Below the pieces are notes generated by a model, which saw only the letters and a list, made by a program, of their open reading frames with translations, did not search any database and had not been told where the DNA came from. Shown here in pieces: positions 50,275-61,729 of a stretch of 64,000 bases of DNA. Each line of letters begins with the position of its first letter. Position 1 is the stretch's first letter. The translations under genes were made by a program, and so were the position numbers. The stretch comes from Octopus sinensis (lineage: Eukaryota), in contig NC_043013.1 of the NCBI RefSeq assembly GCF_006345805.1, positions 53,568,001 to 53,632,000 of the forward strand, in the 5' to 3' direction.

Positions 50275-50400
50275 GTGAAATTGAAAACAAAGCTCACGAG
50301 GAAGATGGCATCACATCTGAGACGGTAAGATGCGGAGGTGAAAAGCTGGGCAAAATCCTCATTCGTCTCTTCAATTGCTACCTGAATGACAGTAAGATTT
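50275..50400 (+). mobile_element. LINE RT N-terminal fragment
   Basis: EIENKAHEEDGITSETVRCGGEKLGKILIRLFNCYLNDSKI resembles the K-APG-DGI...LFN segment of non-LTR RTs. Confidence 0.6.
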
Positions 50401-50436
50401 ATAAACTATAGCTTCAAATCCCTCTTGTCTTACATC

Positions 50437-50542
50437 TATACATTTCTTTACTACCCACAAGGGGCTAAACACAGAGGGGACAAACAAGGGCAGACAAACG
50501 GATTAAGTCGATTATATCGACCCCAGTGCGTAACTGGTACTT
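50437..50542 (-). mobile_element. SINE family 2, 3' fragment
   Basis: Near-identical to 29497-29600 (CTTTACTACCCACAAGGGGCT...GACCCCAGTGCGTAACTGGTACTT). Confidence 0.85.
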
Positions 50543-50689
50543 TAAGGTGTTTTGAAAGATCATAGGCACCAGACAATCGTAAAAATATGCAAACATGTAT
50601 ATAGCAGGTGCCATAAAAATTTCCCAAATTTTCGAGATAACGAGAAATATTTCTTTTTTAACACAGTGGACGTAGATGCTCGTAAAATA

Positions 50690-50724
50690 TTATAATAATA
50701 ATAGCAATAATAATAGTGGTAGTA

Positions 50725-50793
<69 letters not shown>

Positions 50794-50938
50794 TTACGAA
50801 GAAGAAGAAGAAGAAGAAGAAGAAGAAGAAGAAGAAGGAGAAGAAGAAGAAGAATAAGAAGAAGGAGAAGGAGAAGAAGAAGAAGAAGAAGAAGAAGAAG
50901 AAGAAGAAGAAGAAGAAGAAGAAGAAGAAGAAGAAGAG
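50690..50938. repeat. (AAT)n followed by (GAA)n microsatellite
   Basis: Read directly; explains the poly-N/K/R/F ORFs. Confidence 0.95.
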
Positions 50939-51067
50939 TTGCAATAATTATAATATATGCGTGTGTATGTACGTATATAATAGGTACATGTATATATGTA
51001 TATATGTATAGATAGACAGACAGGGAAACAGTCAGGCAGACTGACAAATAGAATAGAATAGAATAGA

Positions 51068-51133
<66 letters not shown>

Positions 51134-52144
51134 GTGTATATTAACTGCAGAACGTGATTCAAAGAGCGTAAAATTAGATAATTACATACATTCTACATAG
51201 CGCTGTTTTCTCTGTAAACGACTCAACTTTTGTTAAAACGAAAGCAGTTTTTCATTTTAAAATATGGACGGAACGAAAAGTTGAAGTTGTATAGTAGTAA
51301 GTCAACAATAGAGAATGGTAAACAGGTGCTTTATTTGATCTACTTTTTATATTTGACAAAATTCAGATAAACCTTTCCATGTAGGGACCAAATTTAGACG
51401 TCTCTGAAGGACAAAAGTTTGAGAGAAGTTTGCTGTAATGGCGTTATATTCAGAATATTTCATAATGGGTGATTCGAGCGGGTTGGATATCATTTAATCA
51501 GTTCACATAATGAGAGAAGCTGATCGTCTGCCAGGATACCCTTGTGTGTTGAGCTTACCCAGAAAGGAAACAACTTTCAAAATATATTAATTCTAATCGC
51601 TTAACAGTAATACTTCAGGGAGGTATATGTAGAGGCTATCGATTTACATCAGACATCGAAACGAGAATCGCTGAGATATAGACTTACACTGCAAAAAATA
51701 TGTGTGTGGTTGTGTGTGTGAGAAAGAGAGAGAGAGTAAGAAAAATATAGAGAGACAGGGAGAGAGGAAGAAAGTCTGTGTGTGCGTGTGATTCTGTGTG
51801 CCTGTGCATGTGTGTGTATGTCTGGAAGTATCACTGTTTGTAACTTTGTATATATGTATATATGTATGTATCTATCTATCTATGTATGCATGTATGAATC
51901 TATGTTTAACTGCGTATCCGTTTATGTTCGTACGTAAGTAATAATGTATGTATGTATGCATGTACGTAAATATGCGTTCATGTATGCATGTATGTAAACT
52001 TGCAAATATGTATGAACCTATATATATATATATATATATATATACAAGTAGTTTATTTTTGAATACATTTATATGTATATATGCATTTATGAATATGTAT
52101 GTGTGTGTGTGTGTGTACGTATATGTTAGTGCTTGCTCTTGTTC

Positions 52145-52290
52145 CAGACCAGTGCTTGACAACAGAAGTTGTGTTTGTGTTCTCATATCTGAGACGATAG
52201 TCCAAATCTCAAGAGTATAAGTAGTAGAAATCCTGGGGTTGGTTTCCACGACAAAGTCCTTCACGCGGTGTCACAGAATAGCCAACTGGA
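52145..52290 (+). mobile_element. SINE family 1, highly diverged 3' half
   Basis: GTGCTTGACAAC...GTGTTTGTG...ATAAGT...CCTGGGGTTGGTTT..CGAC...CTTCACGCGGTG. Confidence 0.5.
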
Positions 52291-52785
52291 CGTGAAATAT
52301 TTGTTTGGGGCGGATTTAGACCCAGCAGTAACTTCCCATTTTTGACATGCGAAAAGACAAATGTTGAGCTGTGGATGGACGGAGGACGCTTACGTTTTTG
52401 TGTTGTCTCCTCCAGGCCAAGCTCGACACCGGAGTTTCCACGTCCGCGTGCATGCGAATGTGTTTAATATGACTATAGATGAATGTACATATATACGTAG
52501 GAATAATTAAGATGCCTATTCGCAACGTAAATAACAAAAGGCACAAGCACAACCGTTCCTAAAGTAAACTAAGGGTAAAAGCTTCTTGTAGGGAAGTTGT
52601 CTTCCCTTGTCAGCCAATAGATAAATGCTTTGCCCGTGGCTAACAGTTGTTTTAACACTTATTTCTAGCAATACTGGTGCTGATCAGTACCCTTAGTCAC
52701 TTTAGTGATAGTTTTGTATATATATATATAAACATACATATAGATAGATAGATAGATAAATAGAGATAGATAGATATATATATAT

Positions 52786-52818
<33 letters not shown>

Positions 52819-52823
52819 CAGAC

Positions 52824-52912
<89 letters not shown>

Positions 52913-53421
52913 TAAGCATACATATACATAGAAATATGTCTAATATGTCTAAGTAGGTACGTCTATATATCTTCATGTATGGACATGTGTATATGTATAA
53001 ATATATACGTATATCGCCCACCATATCTATTAAGTTATAAAAGATGGAAGTGTTTACTAAAGCTATCTGCAATGGCGTCGCTACATACCGGAAGTCACGC
53101 AAGATGTATATGGCTGCTTTAAAACCGAGGACATAAATAAATAATCAAATCAAATTTCGATTTAAAATGTACAAATAATATAGAATAAGAAAATTACAAA
53201 ACTTACATGGGTAGAAGGAAATAGGATTTTGTAAAATTTTATTATCATTATCGCTAAAAAATATATATATATATTTTCAGGAATATAGTTTCTTCTTTTA
53301 TTTGTTTTCATTTGCTTAGGGTTATCCAAATTCTGTTTTATAGTAAAATCAGGCCTGTGTATGTGCGTTTATATAAGTAGATATAAAGATGTGCGTCTGT
53401 GTATATGTGTGTGCATATATG

Positions 53422-53480
<59 letters not shown>

Positions 53481-53616
53481 GTGTGTGTGTGTGTGTGGTG
53501 TGTATATATATATATGTATATATATTGTATATATATGTATATATATGTATATATATATGTATATATATATATATATAATATATATATATACACATATATA
53601 TATGTATATATATATG

Positions 53617-53649
<33 letters not shown>

Positions 53650-53825
53650 GTATATATATGTATATATATATGTATATATTGTATATATATATGTATATAT
53701 ATATATATGGATATATATAAATTATATGAAATCATACATAAAATATGTGTATATGTGTGTGTTTGTGTGTTTGTATGTATGTGTGTGTGTGCGTGTGTGT
53801 GTGCGTATGTGTGTGAGTACGTTCG

Positions 53826-53941
53826 CGCTACACAGCTATGTCAGTGTGCATTTCTATGTATGTATACATAAATACGTTGACAAATACGCAAACACCTACA
53901 CAAAAAAACCGCGTTACTTTATCTTCATAATCATTCGTAAT
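53826..53941 (+). repeat. ~116-bp dispersed direct repeat, copy 1 (copy 2 at 55447-55561)
   Basis: CGCTACACAGCTATGTCAGTGTG...AACACCTACACAAAAAA(A)CCGCGTTACTTTATCTTCAT present in both copies. Confidence 0.9.
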
Positions 53942-54246
53942 TAACCGTTATGACGGGTTCTGTTTATGTTAACGGTTCTTTCTTTTATTCCATTTTATTT
54001 TGTTATTTATATTTTGGAAGTTTTAGCCTTTTTGTATCTAGTTTTCATTTTGCTTACTCCACCTTCCACCTCTTCCAAACCGCCAAGAGGTTCTACCGAT
54101 TCTGGATTCGTTCGTCGAACACTTTAAGTGTATATTACCGCTTTACCTCGCTGTCTCAGTGCAGTGCTGCAATTTAAACCAAATGAACTGGAAAATTCCG
54201 CAGACGCATACATAGGTACACATATAAATGTGTGTGTGCATGTATG

Positions 54247-54280
<34 letters not shown>

Positions 54281-55359
54281 TGTATGTATGTATGTATGTA
54301 TGTATGTATGTATGTTTAGGTGTATTACTGCGTAAAGCTATATCTTGATATATACGCTGTACACATGCTAACACGCGCAAACCACGCTCAGGAACGTATA
54401 CGTATGTGTGTATGTGCGTGTGTGTTTCTGTGTTTGTGTATGTTCGCAAATGTGTGCGTGTGTGTGTATATATATGTGTGTGTATAAATATATGTGTATA
54501 TGTACATATCTACATGATTTATTATGTTGCATTATATTATTTTATTTTATATTATGTTACTAAAAGTTAAGATGTCTTAAATCGTAAATCTGTTTTGTGC
54601 TGTCAATTCTAAAAACGATTGACGACTTCGCAACTGAAAATTAGGACTTCTGAATAAAGAAGGATATACTTTCATCACCGCCATTCTCAACAAAACGCTT
54701 GCAGCCACAGACACACATTTGAATATATAATATATATTTTACATCCGTTGACTGTTCCATCTTCACACATGGTCCCCGTCTCTTTGTGCTTTTTTGGTTG
54801 TGAATGGCATTTTTGACTTCCCATCCATGACTTCCCAGATGACTGCTTAGTCCCGTTGCAGATATGCAGAATTCGAATTATAAATGACAGACGAAAGTTG
54901 TGACTTCATGTGCACGTCCACCGGTTGACGTCTGCACACGTTGCTTCTCTTCCATCGGCACAGGACTTCCAGCGGCTCGAATGACAAATGTGGTTGCCCT
55001 GAAGAAGCAACTGTACGTCATTGGATTATAAACGCTTGTATAAAACGAGAACAACCACGTGATTAGTACCTTGTGACCAACAATCACATGGAACTGCAGG
55101 TTTTACATCAGAATGCCCTCATCGTAGAAGGAAGAAAAGACATACATACATATCTACACACACACATATATGCATGTACATATGTGTATGTGTGTGTGTG
55201 TATATATACATAGCATATCATATTATATTATATTATATTATGTTTATTGGGTTTGTAGGCAGTGATGGGAATTGTGCTAATAACACAAGGAGCCGAAACA
55301 AACTCCACCAACCCAAGAATATTACTTTTGTTATCAAATTGAAAGGAATGAATAGCGAG

Positions 55360-55431
<72 letters not shown>

Positions 55432-55446
55432 GCGTGTTTCTGTGCA

Positions 55447-55561
55447 CGCTACACAGCTATGTCAGTGTGTATTTGTATGTATGTATACATAGATACGCTA
55501 ACAAATACGCGAACACCTACACAAAAAACCGCGTTACTTTATCTTCATGATCATTCATAAT
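55447..55561 (+). repeat. ~115-bp dispersed direct repeat, copy 2
   Basis: See 53826-53941; differs by several substitutions. Confidence 0.9.
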
Positions 55562-55609
55562 GAAGCGTGGTTTACTTAACGAGGAATATGATTTACTTAA
55601 ATATCTGTT

Positions 55610-55765
55610 GTAGCTGTGTGGTAAGAAGTTTGTTTCCCAACCACAGAGTTCCGGGTTCAGACACACTGCGTGGTACAATGGACAAGTGTCTTTTACTATA
55701 GTTCTGAGTCGACCAAGCATCATGCGTGGAATTTGGTAGACGGAAACGAAAAGAACCCAGCTGTG
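55610..55765 (+). mobile_element. SINE family 1, 5' half
   Basis: GCTGTGTGGTAAGAAGTTTGTTTCCCAACCAC...TTCCGGGTTCAG...GGACAAGTGTCTTTTACTATAG...TTTGGTAGACGGAAAC. Confidence 0.8.
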
Positions 55766-56284
55766 TGTGAGTGTGTGTGAATGTGTATTTGTGTGTGTGT
55801 GTGTGTTTGTACCTGCGTCTGTGTGTCTTTGTGTATGTGCTTCTCCCTCACTACCACGCTATAACCTGTGTTTGTCTCAGTCCTCTTAAATTAACGTTTC
55901 GGCAAGAGAGTAAGTGCCACGCTGAACTATATGGGCTGTTGGTTTGTTCGACTAACCTCATACACGTGGCACTGCAGCATTTCCACAGTCTAATATATAA
56001 AACTAGTAAGAGAAAAGTACAAGAAATACATACCTACACACTTATATCTTCACACTGTACGTACATATAATTATACATACATTTAGTTCAAATTTATAGC
56101 AACACAAAAGATGAAGACATATTTATTAACCGACCAAATGTATCAGTTTGACTCTGGACAGAAAGGAAAAAGAGGAAATAGAGAAAGAAAACGTGTTGAT
56201 TTCCGTGGTCCAGCATGGCGACCACATCACACACATCTCTGTGTGTGTATACATATATATGTGTAAATATATTTATGTATGTAT

Positions 56285-56960
56285 GTCTATTGATATGGTC
56301 TTCCCATCATTAACAGGAATCTTACTGAAGAGCCAGCCTGAGTAAATAAATACTATTTTTATTGCTGAATTTGGCGAAACTGCAGTATAAGAAAAGTTAA
56401 GTTTGTAAAAGTTTTTAATTCTCATCTCACTAAATTTATCCAGCTATTGTGTATCTAGTGCACTCTTCGCCTTGAATGTAATGATATATGTATAATATAT
56501 GGCGTGTACTGGTACACCGGCGATTATAATTAATTTTATTGTATCGCATTTATCTTTGTTTACATATTCTCTCGATAAATTTCTGACCGTTAGACGATAT
56601 ACCACAATCCCCTATTTTGTCGGGTTTGTTCTGAGTCTGCGCAGTGTTTTGAATAGTTTAGAAAGAGCATTTCGATAGACGCACATGGGTCTATTGATAT
56701 GGTCTTCCCATCATTAACAGGAATCTTACTGAAGAGCCAGCCTGAGTAAATAATACTATTTTTATTGCTGAATTTGGCGAAACTGCAGTATAAGAAAAGT
56801 TAAGTTTGTAAAAGTTTTTAATTCTCATCTCACTAAATTTATCCAGCTATTGTGTATCTAGTGCACTCTTCGCCTTGAATGTAATGATATATGTATAATA
56901 TATGGCGTGTACTGGTACACCGGCGATTATAATTAATTTTATTGTATCGCATTTATCTTT

Positions 56961-56965
<5 letters not shown>
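56285..56965 (+). repeat. Near-identical 278-bp direct duplication (56285-56562 and 56689-56965), period 404 bp
   Basis: Both copies begin GTCTATTGATATGGTCTTCCCATC and end GCATTTATCTTTGTTTA; by eye they differ by a single 1-nt indel. Confidence 0.95.
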
Positions 56966-57001
<36 letters not shown>

Positions 57002-57018
57002 CACATACATACATACAA

Positions 57019-57432
57019 GCGCAGCAGTGGCTGTGTGGTAAGTTGCTTGCTTACCAATCACATGGTTCCGGGTTCAGTCCTACTGCGTGGCATCTTGGGC
57101 AAGTGACTTCTACTATAGCCTCGGGCCGACCAAAGCCTTGTCAGTGGATTTGGTAGACGGAAACTGAAAGAAGCCCGTCGTATATATGTATATATATATA
57201 TGTATGTGTGTGTATATGTTTGTGTGTCGGTGTTTGTCCCCACCCCAACATCGCTTGACAACCGATGCGGGTGTGTTTACGTCCCCGTAACTTAGCGGTT
57301 CGGCAAAAGACACCGTTAGAATAAGTTTTAGACTTACAAAGAATAAGTCCTGGAGTCGATTTGCTCGACTGCAGGCTGTGCTCCAGCATGGCCGCAGTCA
57401 AATGACTGAAACAAGTAAAACAGTAAAAAGAG
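57019..57432 (+). mobile_element. tRNA-derived SINE family 1, full-length young copy
   Basis: Head GCGCAGCAGTGGCTGTGTGGTAAG...GGTTCCGGGTTCAGTCC; core CTTGGGCAAGTGACTTCTACTATAGCCTCGGGCCGACC; internal (TA)/(TG) tract; 3' CAGTC-AAAT-GACTG-AAAC hairpin and (GTAAAA) tail. Confidence 0.92.
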
Positions 57433-57794
57433 TATATATGTAAATATATATATATATATATATATAATATATATATATATATGTATGTATTATATAAATA
57501 AGTACCGTCTAGCATACGTATGTGTATGTGTGTGTTTATTTACATAGATAGACGGGCATAGATATAGATGCATTATTCCTTATCTATAAGTGAATATCAG
57601 CGTTATATTTAAGCCCACCTCTATTAAAATGTTCTCTACAGCTTCCTACCAAGAGGAAGATCATTTTACAAATATTAGCCTGAATTTTATGTAAAGGAAG
57701 AGTGAATTAGCATCGGTATCTCGTGACATTAGTACTTATGAAAGTGATACTAATGAGCGGGTAATTATATATGCATATATATATATATATATGC

Positions 57795-57834
<40 letters not shown>

Positions 57835-57862
57835 CCATACATACATTCATGCATATATATAT

Positions 57863-57900
<38 letters not shown>

Positions 57901-57920
57901 ATATATATATATATATATAT

Positions 57921-58906
57921 ACACAGAGGGCGCGGTGAATAAATTGTCGTCTATGAATGGCATCTCAATTTAACGGGTATACTTACCAAACTTACATAAA
58001 AATATCTTGAAATACTAAGGAAAAGATTCGTTCAATAAAATCGTCATTGGCTTCAGCCAAGGCCTTCAGCCGACTTTCGAATATTCGGCAACTCTTCTAA
58101 ACGGTATCTTTGTGCATGTTGGTGAATTTCTGTGATTCTTCTCTTCAGTTCATCTTTGGTGTTATAAGCTTTGTTGATCTCTCACTTAACTGTGCCCCAC
58201 ACATAATAATGAAGTGGGTTGCAATCCGGGGAGTTAGGTGTCCAGATGTTATGGGTAGTGTGGTGTGGTTGCAAAAATGTTCTGACTGCTATGACTGTGT
58301 TCTGCTTGTGTGGCATGTGGGAGAGTCCTGTTACTAGACATAGGGTCTTCCAGCAGCCACCCTCTTGATCCAGGGCAGCACTACGTCTTCCAGGCACTTG
58401 ATGTAGGCACTTTCTCATCTTGTATGAGGAATACCGAATGTCTTCATGCATTACTTGCCTGATAAGAGACTCAGACACTCCTATGTCCCTGGCAATGGAC
58501 CTGGTTGACTTGGAGGGATCGTTGTCAATCATGGCCTGGATCCCACCAACAAATTCAGGAGTTGTTTTCTTACCAGAACGATCAGAGTGAGACTTCCCAC
58601 CTGCCGTACCTTCATAATCACCATTAGACTCATCCAACTCTTTCCGAATCCTCTTTACTGTCCTCAGATTGACATCCAAACACCCGGGAATGTTCGTATT
58701 GGAACTTCCATCGCGAATGCCAAGCAGTCCAGCAAGTCGTTTCCAAATTTCTGGCAGAGTGAATAGCATCGAGGTGTGTTTTTCTCACAGACGGAGTCAA
58801 ACCGACCCTACTACACTGTGTAGTCGAAGAAATCAAAAACAAACAATGCGCATGCGTGAGATAAAAAATATAAAATGGCTAAAATTCACCCATGCCACCT
58901 TGTGTA
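57921..58906 (-). mobile_element. Tc1/mariner element (DD37D/maT-like), internally deleted, in (TA)n
   Basis: HTH: TVKRIRKELD...IDNDPSKSTRSIARDIGVSESLIRQVMHEDIRYSSYKMRK. C-terminus: YIKCLEDVVLPWIKRVAAGRPY, IWTPNSPDCNPLHYYVWG, ALAEANDDFIE. Degenerate TIRs at 57921-57950 and 58880-58906. Confidence 0.85.
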
Positions 58907-59614
58907 TATATATATATATATTGGTATATATCAGGATACGCAGCATAAATGGTATTGTAGTCTGTCTGGTTGTCATATTTCACTGTCCATGAAAGCAATC
59001 TTTTGAGAAGGCGCGAACTGTTTAACTGTTGAGTCACAATGAGGTTCGTTGACTCTCGTTCTAAATGCCGCTCAAACCGAAAAACATAATCTCGTAAGGT
59101 TAAATTGCTGAATTCTTGCAATCATGAAATGTTTTCTACAAGGTAAACCTATTTTAATATTATTTTCTTGAATGTTTTAGAATTTCTGCAATCATTTCTC
59201 CCCAGTTTTCAGCTCCTGTGCATCATATTTCTTTCGTAGTTTCTACCGAGGTGATATAATTCAAGTGTCCACAACTGATAAACTATAGTCTCACAGAAAC
59301 AAATCAAGTGCAACAGTTTTCGTTTTGCTTCTTTGAATGAGGCAACAACTATCATCGTGCTGCATCTCTGCACTGCTCAATCACCAATCTTCAGTTTTCA
59401 TTTGATATATGGTTTCAAGAGAAATATAATTAAATGAGATTTTACCGAGGCAAATATCAACATTTTCCTTGAATTAATGAATTTCCATTCAAATTATAAA
59501 CGTAATTGAGAACGTGATCAAAATCTTTCCACAGTACGAGTTCAAATCCAGTTTGGTTTCTTTTTCTTTATGGATTTAATTTAATTACTATTGATTTAAG
59601 ACTAACAGAAATTA

Positions 59615-59627
59615 CCACTAGAGGGCG
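59615..59627 (+). promoter_or_regulatory. Candidate CTCF core motif
   Basis: CCACTAGAGGGCG matches the CCASYAGRKGGCR consensus in otherwise AT-rich unique DNA; single motif, no functional data. Confidence 0.35.
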
Positions 59628-60263
59628 TTGTGAATTTATGATGTTAATACATAATATACTTTATATAGTTTGTTCAATATTGTGCAAGCAATTAGTAAAT
59701 ATAAACTTCAACAAGGAGTGTTTAAAATGCTAAAAATTAACAAGCGGCACATGAAATTCTCATAATATTAGGCAATACAATTTTTCAAAGTCAACAGAGA
59801 GAATGTCATTTTTAAATTCAACTGATGAAGACAACGGACATGTAAAAAAATAGTATGGCGCAGTCACAGCTCGGAGGCCCATGGTTATATGTTTATCTAA
59901 TATGTCAGAAATGAGATGGTATTAAGAGCAACACGAAGCAAGTACATTTAGCTTTGTTTCTCATTGATTCATTTATCACTAATTTGTTCGTTTATCGTTG
60001 TAATTTTTCGACCTCAAACATCACGGTAAACAAGAAATAAGTACCAGTCACATACCTGTGTCAATATAATCGATGGTAGTTGGGCAAAAATTCATATTTA
60101 TCCAAGATTTTAGATTTTAAATGTCTTTCATAATGAACTGTGATGAAATTCGTAAAAATTGAAGGCATGTATGTGTATGACGGGGTGCGAGTGCGCGTGT
60201 CTGTGGTTTTATGCGTAAGATAAAGAAAGAGAGAGAGAGAAAGAGAGAGAGAGAAAGAGAGAA

Positions 60264-60295
<32 letters not shown>

Positions 60296-60485
60296 TGAGA
60301 TGTATTTTGAAGATCTTACATACACATGGACATGTATGTAGTGTGTATGTCTATGTTCATTTATGGAAACTAGTTCAGTTAATAATTGTTTACAACTGAG
60401 TTTATATAAATATTTATTTCCACCTACAAGATACATACATATAATATATATATGTGCGTGTGTGTATGTATATACACATATATAA

Positions 60486-60537
<52 letters not shown>

Positions 60538-60547
60538 TATATATATA

Positions 60548-60608
<61 letters not shown>

Positions 60609-60609
60609 T

Positions 60610-61715
60610 ACTGCCTCGAAGGAGAGAGTTATAGCGAGTGGAGTGCTTCAGGGAACTGTCTTGGGGCCGCTGCTGTTTATGGTAGCTCTTTGGAAGATGC
60701 CATCAGTTACACAGACACCCACGCTTATTAGATATGCTGACGGCACAAAAGTTGTAAAAGTAATCAAGGAACCTTTCGATGCAAGTCTTCAACAGAAAAC
60801 CCTGGATGTCCTATAAAAATGGGCTGCAGAAAACATTTAACACAATGCAGGAAATTTCCGCGCCTTCCGCCATCAGCAAATTTGTTCTAATATGCCGCCA
60901 CAAAGATACCTTTGAGCAAAAGTAGCAGCAATCCCTGAGTCGAGTTAAGAACATCCCTTGGGGATTGATATGAACAACAGCGCCCCATATCATGTCCATA
61001 TCACCAAGACGGTATCAATGTGTAGGCGAATGGCTGGATGAACTCTCAGAACTTTCAGAACACAAGCGATCAGGAAACTATACCGGTTCTAAGGAGGATA
61101 ATTCTCCCCAGCGCTCTTGGACAACTGCTCTCAACTTTGGTTACCCGGAGTGTCAAATAAGTAGCGAGGTCTGAGGCAGTTGAGCGGTGCGATATCAAGA
61201 AAGTTGTATCAATGGAACAGGTGAGCTATTGCGTGTGACTAAAAGGGTTATGACTCTACTACCTGAAGCGAAGACAAGAGAGATATTTGGTGATATGCAT
61301 ATGGAACATCCTTGAAGATTTGGCACCAAACTTTGGTATCGAAATTTATAGCAGCCCCAAAACTGGACGTCACAGCACTGTTCCAAAAGTCCCAACCATT
61401 CTGTCTAAAGTGAGGACCTTGTATTGCAATAGCTTGGGACTCAAATGACAAGAGCCATTAAATTTCTTGCCGAAACATTTGCGAGGCTCATATGGCGTAA
61501 AGGAAGATGAATTTAAGAAACAACTTTTTAAGAAACAAATCTAAAGTCGCAGATGAACCTACATCTCACAAAGAAAGTCGAAACATGGCAGCAATATCGA
61601 AATATCGAACTCCCTCTTTCACCAAAAGCCAGCCACAAAAGAATGATCATTAAAGAAAGTGATGATACTGGCAGTGCCCCAGTATGGCCGCAGCCTTTGG
61701 GCTGAAACGTACAAA
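60610..61715 (+). mobile_element. CR1-like LINE, 5'-truncated and degraded
   Basis: SGVLQGTVLGPLLF and YADG (degenerate YADD, 60733-60744); downstream ..RYL..IWNILEDLAPNFGI..PKTGRH..NSLG..LNFLPKHLR..FKKQL..DEPT..NSLFHQK; 3' CAGCC-TTTG-GGCTG-AAAC hairpin at 61670-61710. Confidence 0.85.
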
Positions 61716-61729
61716 AGACCAAAAGAACA

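Noticed and set aside
55885-55925. Minus-strand GGCA-loop-TGCC-GAAACGTTA hammerhead-like 3' half
   Set aside because: Upstream core reads TTCAGCGT, not CUGANGA, and there is no stem I.
58879-59121. 80-aa minus ORF (QEFSNLTLRDYVFRFERHLERE...)
   Set aside because: The nearest good acceptor is out of frame, no homology recognised, and the ORF runs into the mariner TIR.
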